DNA from: an uncultured Acidobacteriota bacterium
GTDB taxonomy: Bacteria; Acidobacteriota; Thermoanaerobaculia; Gp7-AA8
Assembly: GCA_937870635.1 (NCBI GenBank)
Contig: CALMZP010000084.1
Span: 5,335 to 69,334, forward strand
Direction: 5' to 3'
Length of the DNA: 64,000 nt
The translations under genes and the position numbers were made by a program. The first letter of the stretch is position 1. Each line of letters opens with the position of its first letter. This document shows, in pieces, positions 17,404-26,923 of the stretch. Below the pieces are notes generated by a model. It saw only the letters and a program-made list of their open reading frames with translations. It did no database searches and was not told the DNA's origin.

Positions 17404-18816
17404 CTACCTCCTTTTCAGTCTCGCCCTGATGTTGGCGGCAACGATGCGCCGCTTCTGCTGCGGTGACGCAAATTGTCGTTCCTCGTTTTTCAGTTTCATG
17501 ACTTTGATCCCGAGCTTCTTGTACGTCTCCTTGCGCTCCATCCACTGACGGCGCAGGACTGACACCGTGTCATCTACGAAGTCCATGATCGCGGCGTCGG
17601 TTTTGTCATCGTGCGGTCGAAGCGCACGGCCTACCTGCTGGATGATCCGGCCATCGTGCTTCCCCGGCCAGGTCAGAAGGACACGTGACAACACAGGCAC
17701 GTCCAGCGCCTCGTCGGCAAGCTGCGTAGCAAGGAGGCACTTGATCCGACCGGCGCGGAAGTCCTCCATGAGCTTCTTTCGCTTCGGCCTGACAACGTTG
17801 CCAGTCAAAATCTCCACCGGCAAAGTTTTGTCAGCCAACTGATCCATCTCGTACATGACATTTTCAAGGTGGCCGATGCGGCGCGAGAGGACAAGGACGC
17901 TGTGTCCCTTCTCGATCTGGCGCAGCGCCGTCCGGGCGATCAGTTGGTTCCTGTCTTTGTCAGCCTCCATGTCGGCCTGAAGCCGCATCCAGTCGTAGTG
18001 CCCCCGGTATGCGAACTTGTACCCCGTTTTCACCGGAACCACCCTGACAGGGACGGGCGATGAAAACTTGCGCTCATAGATCACCGGGCCGAGCAGATGT
18101 TCCATGAGCTTTTCCATCCCGTCCGCGCGGCTCTTTGTCGCCGTGAAACCGATCCGATACTTGGCAGGGCTGGCGTTGAGGATCAGTTCCCACGTCTCAG
18201 CCGGGGCATGGTGCGCCTCGTCCACGATGACACCCCCAAAATTGTCAGCCCACTTCGTTCGGTACCGCTTCATCTGATCTCGAACGGTCTGCACCATTGC
18301 GATTGTCAGGTCGCCCCTCACCCACTGGCTGCCCTGAATCGTTCCCACCTTCGCGCTCGGCATCGCCCTGGCGGCGTACTCGACCCACTGATTGAAAATG
18401 TCCTCGGTATGAACGAACACGATCCACGGCGTTTTCACTTCAGCCACCACCGCGAGCGCCACCTGTGTCTTGCCGAATCCCGGCTGCGCGATCACTAGCC
18501 CCTGCTCCTCCCGGAGACACGCCTGGAACGCCTCCACTTGCCCTGTGCGGCCCTCCGCGCCCAAGGTGTGCCGGAACCTCACCCCGCCCTTCCTCGGGGC
18601 GCGAGGGGGGCATACGCGCTCGTCCACATAGCGCACGTGATCGGGCAGGAGACTCCACGCGCCTCGGGGAATCTCCACCCTCGCGCCTGAGAGCCGCTTG
18701 TATGTTGTCACCTGCTGCTGCTTGGCGTCGAAGAAGGTCAGCTTGGTGAACAGCTTGACCCACTCACGCTCTGACAACTCAGCGGCCTTCAGGGTGATGG
18801 TGGAGTTGACGATCAT
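17404..18816 (-). CDS. superfamily II DNA helicase (DEAH)
   Basis: QPGFGKT, VIVDEAHH, GFTAT and QQVGRALR motifs. Confidence 0.92.
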   Translation of the reverse strand: MIVNSTITLKAAELSEREWVKLFTKLTFFDAKQQQVTTYKRLSGARVEIPRGAWSLLPDHVRYVDERVCPPRAPRKGGVRFRHTLGAEGRTGQVEAFQACLREEQGLVIAQPGFGKTQVALAVVAEVKTPWIVFVHTEDIFNQWVEYAARAMPSAKVGTIQGSQWVRGDLTIAMVQTVRDQMKRYRTKWADNFGGVIVDEAHHAPAETWELILNASPAKYRIGFTATKSRADGMEKLMEHLLGPVIYERKFSSPVPVRVVPVKTGYKFAYRGHYDWMRLQADMEADKDRNQLIARTALRQIEKGHSVLVLSRRIGHLENVMYEMDQLADKTLPVEILTGNVVRPKRKKLMEDFRAGRIKCLLATQLADEALDVPVLSRVLLTWPGKHDGRIIQQVGRALRPHDDKTDAAIMDFVDDTVSVLRRQWMERKETYKKLGIKVMKLKNEERQFASPQQKRRIVAANIRARLKRR

Positions 18817-19103
18817 CGCGTTCGGATGATTTTCACCAAGGCGTTCGTCCCGGCGAACAGGATCGTCTCGATGGAACCGCGCTTGATCAGGTAGCCGCAG
18901 ATGCGACCCTCGTACAAGTCCCCGATCTCGAACGTCCTCGGCTCCTTGTCACGCCCCTGGCTGCACGTGATCGTCTCACCTGGCTCGACTGGCCTGACAA
19001 CCTGCCACCACTTGCCTTCGTGGTTGATCTCATGTCCGGCCTTGACGGCGCGGAACCGGATCGTGCGTTGCTCGCGGATGGCCTTCTTCGTCTCGGTTTT
19101 CAT
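18813..19103 (-). CDS. hypothetical protein
   Basis: GGAGG RBS; start MKTETK. Confidence 0.55.
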   Translation of the reverse strand: MKTETKKAIREQRTIRFRAVKAGHEINHEGKWWQVVRPVEPGETITCSQGRDKEPRTFEIGDLYEGRICGYLIKRGSIETILFAGTNALVKIIRTR

Positions 19104-19247
19104 CGACGGCCTCCTCCCGCGCGACCGGCGCGACGGATCGTGGACTCTGACACCTTCGGCGGGCGCGGGAACTCCCCGATCCACCCGAACGGATCACGCA
19201 TGGCGGCAGGGCGCAGATCGAGCCGCCGGATGAGTGGGATTTTCAGG

Positions 19248-19940
19248 CTACGCATTGCGCACCGTCCCGAACTCCAAGCCGAAGCGGTCAGCCGCGTAGA
19301 CAAGGCTCCGCTTCCGGGCATCGTTGTCAGGCAGCTTGTTGAGCGCAGCGACGATCTCAGCCACCGCCACGATCTCGGGGTCGATGAACACCGCCGCCGT
19401 GAAGTCCACGCGCTCGCTGTGAGCCTCTGAGCGCCCGTCTGCGGCCTCGACAGGCTCCGAGGGTTCTCCGGGTAGCCCCATGACCGTCCCGCCCGTAGCG
19501 AGCCTCTGAGCGCGGCGCTCCTCGACCTCGCGCGTGTCCTCGTCGTCCTCGTCCACCGGCTTTGCCATGACCTCACGCAGATGCTCCCTGAAAACCGGAA
19601 GCCCCGCCTCGATCAAGTCCCACCCGCGATGGTGGCCGAAGCTCCGCTGAGTGACAACGCAGCGATTGAGGAACTGCACCGCGCCCTCGTCGCGCTCCCA
19701 ATTGAACGCGGAGAGATCGCCGTTGGCGAGCGCCTGCTGGCGACGGGCCTCGGCCCACTCCCACAGATGCTTGCCCACGTAGCCGTGGGGTGACAAATGG
19801 TTCTTGCCGCCATGCCCCGGCGTGATCCTGACGCCAGGCGGCGGGTGAAGCTCGACCTGGCGGATGAGACGGCGCAGGATGGGCCGGTAGTGTGTCCCCC
19901 GGCGTCCTACTTCGGTGTTTTCAGTGATTGCGGCTCCCAT
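19248..19940 (-). CDS. hypothetical protein
   Basis: AAGGAGG RBS downstream of a promoter; start MGAAITE. Confidence 0.6.
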   Translation of the reverse strand: MGAAITENTEVGRRGTHYRPILRRLIRQVELHPPPGVRITPGHGGKNHLSPHGYVGKHLWEWAEARRQQALANGDLSAFNWERDEGAVQFLNRCVVTQRSFGHHRGWDLIEAGLPVFREHLREVMAKPVDEDDEDTREVEERRAQRLATGGTVMGLPGEPSEPVEAADGRSEAHSERVDFTAAVFIDPEIVAVAEIVAALNKLPDNDARKRSLVYAADRFGLEFGTVRNA

Positions 19941-19983
19941 GCGGGTACCTCCTTCTTTCGAGTGACGTTCGGGCCAACCCGTA

Positions 19984-20012
19984 TTTATATCAGCCCTGGG
20001 CGAGTTTTGCAA
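19984..20012 (-). promoter_or_regulatory. promoter, copy 1 of the TTGCAAAA..GCCCAGGGCTG motif
   Basis: TTGCAA-17 nt-TATAAA; spacer shared with 23904-23932. Confidence 0.65.
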
Positions 20013-20277
20013 CTTCCCTGGCTGTCTTGGTTCTGTGGCAACCCTGACACAGCACTTGCAGGTTTGACATCTCACGTCGGATGACATCCCATGAGCATTG
20101 CCATACAGCCGACCGGCGTGGGATCGTTCGGTCGATATGATCTAGCTCTAGGTTTTCAGTTGATCCACACTCGATGCAGCACCCGCCAAGAAGCTCGATC
20201 AGTTCTTCACGCCGCTGCTGTGCGCGCTCCCTCATCTGCTTCTTTTGTTTGTCAGTTGCCCTGGGCATTCCTGTCAA
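19990..20277 (-). CDS. HNH endonuclease
   Basis: CIECGSTENLELDHID...NLQVLCQGCHRTKT. Confidence 0.88.
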   Translation of the reverse strand: MTGMPRATDKQKKQMRERAQQRREELIELLGGCCIECGSTENLELDHIDRTIPRRSAVWQCSWDVIRREMSNLQVLCQGCHRTKTAREVAKLAQG

Positions 20278-20961
20278 CTACTCCTCAACCTCGGCGGCGC
20301 GCGTCGTAACCATGAAGTCCATGATCCCGCAGGCGTCGTAGATGTCGTCCGGCTGGACGGCCTTGGCCTTCGAGTCGGCGGGCTTCGGGATGAGTCCCTT
20401 CCGAGACTGGATCAGGTCGGGCCTATCCTCGACCCCGTAGCTGAACATCGCCCACTTTTTCACGTGCCACTTGTTGAAGTCGCGGTTCATTTTCATGTCC
20501 ATGTCGTGCGCAACCGCCGAACGCCACGACGATGCGTTGACCTCGTAGACCCGCGTGTACCCGTACCTGACAAGACCTCCACGGAAAGCGCCGCAGATTT
20601 CAGCCTGCTGGCGAAGCCACTGAGACTCGGCCCGCCGAACGATCCCGGCAGGCCAAGCCTCCTCAATTCCGATCCAGATGTTGTCAGCCGGTATGGACAT
20701 CGGCCCTACGGCCGTCTGCAACGAATGGATGAAGTCCGCAGCCCGCACCGCCTGAGCCAGTCGGTCAAGAAAGTGATCCCCATGCGTCCACCTGACCTGA
20801 AAAATCCCTGGGCCACGCATCTGATCGAGCAGCGCGTCGTATGCGATCATGCAACCCGAGATCGAGGACACCGACGCATCGATGCCCACGACCGCCCAGG
20901 AGTTTTCAGCCGCCCGACGAACCCGAGCGGCGCGTTGCTTGACTGCGGACTTCCTAGCCAT
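20278..20961 (-). CDS. RuvC-like Holliday junction resolvase
   Basis: VVGIDAS, IGIEE and DDIYDACG are RNase H-fold acidic motifs. Confidence 0.75.
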   Translation of the reverse strand: MARKSAVKQRAARVRRAAENSWAVVGIDASVSSISGCMIAYDALLDQMRGPGIFQVRWTHGDHFLDRLAQAVRAADFIHSLQTAVGPMSIPADNIWIGIEEAWPAGIVRRAESQWLRQQAEICGAFRGGLVRYGYTRVYEVNASSWRSAVAHDMDMKMNRDFNKWHVKKWAMFSYGVEDRPDLIQSRKGLIPKPADSKAKAVQPDDIYDACGIMDFMVTTRAAEVEE

Positions 20962-21068
20962 CTACCTCACCGGCCCGTCGAGCCGGATCAGGCCAGTCGG
21001 CGTGACGCGGAACTCCAATTCGTCGCGCTTTGTCACCGTTTCCAGTCCGGCCGCGTATTCCTCGGGCG

Positions 21069-21575
21069 TCATGCCAGCTTGTCCAGGCACTCGTCGCAGT
21101 ACGGGGGATCGGCCTCGGCCTCGACCACCTGCGCCTGCGAGCCTCGAATGACATCCACCATCTTGTCAGCCAGGGCGCGGAAGGTATGTCCGCGCTCGGG
21201 GCCACTCAGGATCAGGAAGTCCGGCATGGCGTCCACGTTCGAGATCAGCGCGTCGTAGACCACCTGACGCATCTCGTCGGCGGGGACATGGATCGTGTGC
21301 TTGGTCGTCCGAGTGAAAACGTCGAACGCACGGAACATGACTTCACCGGCGCGGTCAGCGTCATGGCACAGCTTGACCCACTCCTCGCGGTACTTGTCAG
21401 GGACGAGTCCGTTCTTCCCCTCGAACTTCGGATCGCCCATGCGGTCGGTCAGGAGCGCGTGCTTTGCCGACGCCTCCGCGAACGCACGGAAGGTTCGGTG
21501 CTGCATGGAGTCCGGTTCGAGCGTACCGAGGAACGTCGTGTGATCCGGGTCGATTGTCAGCTTCTTCTTACGCAT
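21069..21575 (-). CDS. hypothetical protein
   Basis: Coupled ORF. Confidence 0.6.
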   Translation of the reverse strand: MRKKKLTIDPDHTTFLGTLEPDSMQHRTFRAFAEASAKHALLTDRMGDPKFEGKNGLVPDKYREEWVKLCHDADRAGEVMFRAFDVFTRTTKHTIHVPADEMRQVVYDALISNVDAMPDFLILSGPERGHTFRALADKMVDVIRGSQAQVVEAEADPPYCDECLDKLA

Positions 21576-22449
21576 TCGGCTTCACCACCTTTCGCTGGCC
21601 GCTCCGCTCGGGGACTTCCCAATCGAGGCCACGCAGGTTGTCAATGGAGACGGACTTCTTGACGATCTCGGTCTTGCGTCCCTTTTTCATCGGAACCTCG
21701 ATGTGAACCTTCCGGTTCTTCTGCCCGACAACACGGACACGGATCGGCGTGATCGTCTTTTCGAGGTAGAAGTATTCCTCGTCCTTGACAATCTCCAACC
21801 CACCGATCCCCCGAATCACCCCGTCGTTCTTGTCAGCCACGTTCGGAGAACCGGGCTTCGTGAAGTTCGACTGATTGAACGGCTCGACCGGCACGCCATG
21901 AGCGCCAAGGCGCACCCATCCCTCACGCGGCTTGACATCCCCGCGCGAGAACAGTTCGAGGTACGGGCCAGGTGACAACGCCTCGACGCGCTCGGTGATG
22001 TCCGGCTTCACCGAATCGCCCCGCCACGGCCCCGTGATCTCCGTTGAGATCGCCCCAGGCTGGACACGCTTTTCAGTCGAACGCGCGGCGAGGATGCAAT
22101 GCTCCGTCCGCGAACGCAGCCACCACCCGAGGCCGAGCTTTGTCTTGCGCCACGTACCCATCGTCTTGTACGTGAACCCCCACGCCTTGACAACTTCCAA
22201 CGCCATCTCTAGCGCCGGGTTCGTCGTCCACAGGTGCAAGTGCCCGTCCGGGTGGATGATGTCGCCCACCGGGATCGCGCAGATTTCAGCCAGCGACATC
22301 CGGTCGTAATGCTGCCGGTGCCCCATCGCAAACTGCTTCTTGTTTTCAGGCTCGAAGGGCCACGGCGGATCGGCAATGATCGTGCCGAACTGAACGCCCT
22401 TGGGAAGCTCGAACCGGACGCTCAAAGCTCGACCCCGCACAGGACGCAC
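21568..22449 (-). CDS. MT-A70 family N6-adenine methyltransferase with C-terminal extension
   Basis: IIADPPW, HLHLWTTN, WGFTY, GWWLRSRTEH and YLELFSR motifs. Confidence 0.9.
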   Translation of the reverse strand: MRPVRGRALSVRFELPKGVQFGTIIADPPWPFEPENKKQFAMGHRQHYDRMSLAEICAIPVGDIIHPDGHLHLWTTNPALEMALEVVKAWGFTYKTMGTWRKTKLGLGWWLRSRTEHCILAARSTEKRVQPGAISTEITGPWRGDSVKPDITERVEALSPGPYLELFSRGDVKPREGWVRLGAHGVPVEPFNQSNFTKPGSPNVADKNDGVIRGIGGLEIVKDEEYFYLEKTITPIRVRVVGQKNRKVHIEVPMKKGRKTEIVKKSVSIDNLRGLDWEVPERSGQRKVVKPNA

Positions 22450-22775
22450 AGGTTCGCCGGGATGACGTAGGTGCCCACCCGGATGTCGAATACCGCCAGG
22501 TTCTTCAGGATTTCAGTCGCCACGTAGCGCAGGTTGGCGTCCAACGCCTCCCGGCTGATCGGTGCGCCCTGACCTGCGATGGCAACGATGACATTCCCGG
22601 TGACGTTCTGCCGAAGCTCGGCCACCATCTTGTCAAGCAACGCCTGTGTGCGCTCGTCCTGAAGGTCGTAGGCGGCGTCTGCAAGCTCGCCGCGAACCTC
22701 TGCCTCGACCTCGGCCTCCTCGACGGCCTCGGCCACCCTAGGATCGAGTGAACGTACTGCTGTCTTACGCGCCAT
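22422..22775 (-). CDS. hypothetical protein
   Basis: AGGAGG RBS; start MARKTAV. Confidence 0.6.
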   Translation of the reverse strand: MARKTAVRSLDPRVAEAVEEAEVEAEVRGELADAAYDLQDERTQALLDKMVAELRQNVTGNVIVAIAGQGAPISREALDANLRYVATEILKNLAVFDIRVGTYVIPANLCVLCGVEL

Positions 22776-22990
22776 TGGCTGCCTCCTTGAACTCGCCCCA
22801 ATCACAGTCCTGACAAGCGCGCATCAGGTGAGCTTGGGTAGGTGAATGAAGGTTGATTCCATGTTCATGAAGCATGTTGATCATCTTGTTTGTCAGCGTA
22901 GGGATGAACACACCGGGAGCAAGTTCGAGTGACATCTGCTCCTCGACCGTGCGCAGCATGGTGAAGCCAACCAGCGAGTAGGCAAGGAAG

Positions 22991-23395
22991 TTACCCTCCC
23001 ATCGCTTCACGGAGCCGCCTTCGACTGACATTCGCGGGTGCGTCGTCGGGATAGGCTGCGATCTCGCCGGACTCCACCGCCTCGACGGCTTCCTCGACAA
23101 GCTCCTGCCAGATCGACTCGTCCGGGGTGAAAAGCCGGAACCAGTCCAGCGGAGAGATGCAGTCAGGCCGAAGCTCATCGAAGCGAGCCTGGGGTGACAA
23201 CCCCTGAGACTTGCCCATCTTGGGCACGAACGCAGGGTGGATCGCCCGCTTCTTGGGCCGCTTCACCTTGGCCTTCTCGGACACGTAGCTTGTCACCCGG
23301 CCCGAGCGTCGGCCCTTCGGCTTGTACCCCGACTTCTCCCGCTCCTTCGCGGCCGCTTGCTCCTTGCGCTGCTTGGCTGTCAACTTGTCAGCCAC
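22991..23395 (-). CDS. hypothetical basic protein
   Basis: Coupled ORF. Confidence 0.55.
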   Translation of the reverse strand: MADKLTAKQRKEQAAAKEREKSGYKPKGRRSGRVTSYVSEKAKVKRPKKRAIHPAFVPKMGKSQGLSPQARFDELRPDCISPLDWFRLFTPDESIWQELVEEAVEAVESGEIAAYPDDAPANVSRRRLREAMGG

Positions 23396-23579
23396 GTGAG
23401 ATCACACCGTCGATCACGCGCAGCCGGAAGTTCGCCATCGTCTCGCCCGGAGTGAAAACGAACCCGCTGAAGTCGAAGTGCCGGGTGGCGGGCTTGGGCG
23501 TGTACCCCAACTGGCCTGCCCACCTGACAAGCTCCTCGTCGCACATCATGGCGATGGACTTCCACAACGGGTCACACAT
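23388..23579 (-). CDS. hypothetical protein
   Basis: Coupled ORF. Confidence 0.5.
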   Translation of the reverse strand: MCDPLWKSIAMMCDEELVRWAGQLGYTPKPATRHFDFSGFVFTPGETMANFRLRVIDGVISRG

Positions 23580-23581
23580 TG

Positions 23582-23866
23582 TCAGTGGCCCCGGCCGGTG
23601 GGGATGAAGTCCTTGCCGGTGCGCGGCCCCTTCTTGGACTTCGACTTCTTCTTTGTCACCTGAGCCTGGCCGGACTCGATCTGAGCGATCAGCCGCTCGC
23701 GCTCGCGGAGCGAGTTGCCAGGACGCGACCGCAGCTTTGTCATCTTCTCCTGCGGGGTGAGCGCGTCGTGTGCTGCCTGCCGTTCCTCAGCGCGACGGCG
23801 AAGCTCGTCACGATGCTCGCGGAGCTTCCCGGTGGGCCTGGACTTCTTGGGGTTCGCTTGGCTCAT
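23582..23866 (-). CDS. hypothetical basic protein
   Basis: GGAGG RBS downstream of a promoter. Confidence 0.55.
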   Translation of the reverse strand: MSQANPKKSRPTGKLREHRDELRRRAEERQAAHDALTPQEKMTKLRSRPGNSLRERERLIAQIESGQAQVTKKKSKSKKGPRTGKDFIPTGRGH

Positions 23867-23903
23867 GGGCCATCCTCCCTTCGGTCGTGGACGTGAACGA
23901 GGG

Positions 23904-23932
23904 AGTTTACCAGCCCTGGGCCTATTTTGCAA
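23904..23932 (-). promoter_or_regulatory. promoter, copy 2 of the TTGCAAAA..GCCCAGGGCTG motif
   Basis: TTGCAA-17 nt-TAAACT. Confidence 0.65.
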
Positions 23933-23935
23933 ATG

Positions 23936-24694
23936 CTACTGCTCGGCCAGAATCGCCAACCCCGCGAGGCTACCCCAACCCCACCCCGGCGAGTTCATCA
24001 TCTTCCAGGCGTTCGCGCCCACAGTGTCGAGCCGAAACGACTCATTTGATCCAGACAAGTTCGCCGTCATGATGATGTAGCCCTCGGGAACCGACGATGG
24101 ACGAAAGCCAACAGGGAGAGTGAAAACCGCACCCGAGCCTGACTGAATCAGACCGCGCCCCACAACGAGGCCCGAAGGCAAACGGCGAATCGCAACCCAC
24201 CCTGCACCGCCCCACGGTGCCGGGTAGTTCGAGTGCCCGCCTTCGTATGCGATCTCGATACCGAGCCTCTGCCACCCGCTGTCAGTCCAGGGATTTGTCA
24301 CAACGGGGTTGGCCGCACGTTCCAACGCCGGATACCGCCATGCGATCCTTCCCGCGCCGATCCTCACCCCGAGGACGAGCCGATCTCGATGGGGGTATTT
24401 TTCATCTCCCGCTGGCGAACCGCTGTATGCATCAACATAGGCGGCATAGGTTCCGCGAGGCGCGTTCGTCGGTGGCACGTCCACGCACAGCGCGTCCCAC
24501 TGGCCGAGCGTGTGCGACCCTGCGGCCACCCTGATCCAGTTGTTGTTGCCACCCCCGGCCATGACAATCAGCGTTGAGCCGAAGGTGACACCGCCAGCGC
24601 CATTGTCAGTGATAGTGCCCTCGGGCATGACGATCATTCCCTGAGCGCGAGCAACCGGCCCCCAAGGATCGTAGATGTCCGGGATGCTACTCAT
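23936..24694 (-). CDS. tail-fibre/receptor-binding-like protein outside the tail module
   Basis: C-terminal DSGW...RRLPSGLVVGRGLIQSG..VFTLPVGFRPS resembles phage minor-tail/fibre tip domains. Confidence 0.55.
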   Translation of the reverse strand: MSSIPDIYDPWGPVARAQGMIVMPEGTITDNGAGGVTFGSTLIVMAGGGNNNWIRVAAGSHTLGQWDALCVDVPPTNAPRGTYAAYVDAYSGSPAGDEKYPHRDRLVLGVRIGAGRIAWRYPALERAANPVVTNPWTDSGWQRLGIEIAYEGGHSNYPAPWGGAGWVAIRRLPSGLVVGRGLIQSGSGAVFTLPVGFRPSSVPEGYIIMTANLSGSNESFRLDTVGANAWKMMNSPGWGWGSLAGLAILAEQ

Positions 24695-24697
24695 TTG

Positions 24698-25075
24698 TCA
24701 GTCCTCCGTATCTGCTGTGACAGGGCCGAGGTCGGGAATCCCAAGTAGGTCAAGTACGCATCGATAGTGGCGGCACGTTTTCCTACCGGAAAAACCATCG
24801 CACGTGCATCCACCTTCCGGGTACTCAACACTGACAAATCCGAGATCGACGGCGTGCCATTCATCATCCGCGCTTCCGCTTTTCACCAGGAAGTGCGCTC
24901 GGCCCAACACGACGATCTCCTCCCCGAGATGGCGTAGCGACTCGTCTTTCAGGGGTTGCTTTTTCACGCGCCTTCTGAGCAGCCGCAACCTCGTCTCGGC
25001 AGAAGTAGGCAAAGGGGCACTCTTGGAACTGGATCGTCCGCGTGGACGTGCAATCCGGGGCGGGGATTTCCTCAT
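24698..25075 (-). CDS. SWIM zinc-finger protein
   Basis: CTCDGF...TCRH (CxC...CxH); start uncertain. Confidence 0.65.
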   Translation of the reverse strand: MRKSPPRIARPRGRSSSKSAPLPTSAETRLRLLRRRVKKQPLKDESLRHLGEEIVVLGRAHFLVKSGSADDEWHAVDLGFVSVEYPEGGCTCDGFSGRKTCRHYRCVLDLLGIPDLGPVTADTED

Positions 25076-25817
25076 TTGTCACGTGCCTCCTTAGTTCGTG
25101 CATCCGGCGCTTCACCTTCGAGCGATGCTGCCGGACGACTAGCTGATCCTCATGGAGCGCGAGCGGAGAGCCGGACTGTGAAGGCCCGCCCTTGTTTTCA
25201 CCGACGAGAAGGCACGTCCTGATCTCGACGCCGAGTACCTCGCCCATGAACGACTCGAACGCACAAGCCTTGTTGACAATCTCGGCGTACCCCACGATCT
25301 GCACCTTGTAGCCGATCTTCGTCCCCCACTTCTCATGCTCCTGAAAACTCCTGACGTTCATCCCCTTGAAGTCAACGATGTAAAGCTCGCCGCCGATCTC
25401 CACGATGGCGTCGATGGTGCCAGCGAAGTCGCCATTGGGATGAAAAACCCTGATCTCGCAGCCATGCAAGATCAGAAGTCCAGCACGGTGCGCCTTCCAA
25501 AGTGCGAACTGCCACTTGTAATGCCTGAAATCCCCATCGAGGAAGTAGCCATTGGTTCGAGGGGACTTCGCCCGCCGCTTCTCCTGCCCAATGACAGCGA
25601 AGTACGCCTGCCGCGTACAGGACGAGAGCATCGACGGACTGAAAACCCCCTTCTCGCGCTCACGTGCCCGCGCGATCATGAGGTTCATCATGAACTCACG
25701 ATCCTCGTCGTCATCGACTGACAACGGATTCTCTAGCACGTCCTCCAAGATCGGGACGAGAATGCCCCGCGCTCGACGGCGCTCGATGATCCTACGCTCA
25801 GTCGCCGTCCGCGCCAC
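24864..25817 (-). CDS. Cas4-like PD-(D/E)xK exonuclease
   Basis: SPSMLSSCTRQ, GTIDA, IVDFK, Q..GY and C-terminal C..C..CPF...C Fe-S ligands. Confidence 0.85.
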   Translation of the reverse strand: MARTATERRIIERRRARGILVPILEDVLENPLSVDDDEDREFMMNLMIARAREREKGVFSPSMLSSCTRQAYFAVIGQEKRRAKSPRTNGYFLDGDFRHYKWQFALWKAHRAGLLILHGCEIRVFHPNGDFAGTIDAIVEIGGELYIVDFKGMNVRSFQEHEKWGTKIGYKVQIVGYAEIVNKACAFESFMGEVLGVEIRTCLLVGENKGGPSQSGSPLALHEDQLVVRQHRSKVKRRMHELRRHVTNEEIPAPDCTSTRTIQFQECPFAYFCRDEVAAAQKAREKATPERRVATPSRGGDRRVGPSALPGEKRKRG

Positions 25818-25975
25818 TTTTCACCACCCGGTAAAACGGAGTGCCGCACCGATGGCATTCTCCGACCATCCATCGCGCCGGAATCGGCGGATTTGCAGTC
25901 GGGTGGGCAGGGACGAAGATCGCATCGTTTTCAGTATGCTCCTCCTGACACTGAGGGCACGTCAAAATCTGCGGC

Positions 25976-26398
25976 TCATTTGCCACGGGACAGTCTCTCG
26001 ATCTCCACCCTTGCTTTTTCAAGTTCACCTTCGAGCAAGCCGATCCGCTCCTGCTGCGCCTCATGATCCTCTAGCCGAGTGACAAAAAGGTTGAGTGGGT
26101 CAGAACCCTCGAACGTGATCACCATTGCGGGGAGTTGCCCCGGCGGCGTGCTGAAGGCATCCTTTGTCAGCTTCTTGAACTCGACCTTCGAGATCGTGTA
26201 GCTCGCACTCTCGGTCGTCCTGGCCTCGACCAAGTGACCATTGAGAGTGACATCGCGCTTGGCGAACCAATGGCGTCCAGAGTTGAGTTGCTTCCGACCC
26301 CCTGGCATAGCCGCCAGCTTTGTCTCCTGCCGCTTGCTCCGTTGATTCGCGCGGGCCTTCACCCACGGCGTCTCAGGGATGTCAGGCTCAGTCCCCAT
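25976..26398 (-). CDS. Hjc-like PD-(D/E)xK endonuclease/resolvase
   Basis: QE..LA...GG....NSG...KRDV....LVEARTT. Confidence 0.6.
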   Translation of the reverse strand: MGTEPDIPETPWVKARANQRSKRQETKLAAMPGGRKQLNSGRHWFAKRDVTLNGHLVEARTTESASYTISKVEFKKLTKDAFSTPPGQLPAMVITFEGSDPLNLFVTRLEDHEAQQERIGLLEGELEKARVEIERLSRGK

Positions 26399-26699
26399 TG
26401 ATCTCCTTGACAAGCGCCAAGGCACGGCGCGCTCGAAGCCGCAGCGGGTGATCGTGGGGGTACTGGATCATGTCACGCTCATTCCGCGTCAACTCCTCGA
26501 TGATCAACTGCATGTCACCCGCAGGTACGTCCTCCCACCGTGCCGATGACAATGTCGCCCGCCAGTCCTTGCAAAGCTCCTCTAGCTGCTCGACCCCCGG
26601 CTGCATCCGCGTCGGCAGCGAATTGTCCCGCGCGATGATCGCGGCACCGGCCAGCCACGGGTACCACTTCTTGTCAAACTGTTCGATTGTCATGCTCAT
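26388..26699 (-). CDS. hypothetical protein
   Basis: ATGA-coupled ORF starting MSMTIEQF. Confidence 0.55.
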   Translation of the reverse strand: MSMTIEQFDKKWYPWLAGAAIIARDNSLPTRMQPGVEQLEELCKDWRATLSSARWEDVPAGDMQLIIEELTRNERDMIQYPHDHPLRLRARRALALVKEINGD

Positions 26700-26923
26700 G
26701 AGGACGCGGCCTTTCGTGCGATCTTCTTTCGCTTCTGCCACTTGACAATCGAGCGAGCGCCGACGAACCGATGGGCGCAGCATTCGCCCACGTCAGCGTG
26801 CGCCGTGTAGTCCCCGTGCGTCTTGCGCGTCTCCCCGTCTTTCACCGGGGCAATGAACAGCTTGGCAACGACGCGCTCGCACGCCTGCTGGCAGATGTCA
26901 CAGGTGACGTTATTCCTCGCCAT
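26696..26923 (-). CDS. zinc-finger hypothetical protein
   Basis: TCDIC...DVGECC; GGAGG RBS. Confidence 0.6.
   Translation of the reverse strand: MARNNVTCDICQQACERVVAKLFIAPVKDGETRKTHGDYTAHADVGECCAHRFVGARSIVKWQKRKKIARKAASS

Noticed and set aside
24864-25817. Cas4-like nuclease as evidence of a CRISPR-Cas system
   Set aside because: No repeat-spacer array or other cas genes seen; solo Cas4-like exonucleases are common in phage recombination modules.
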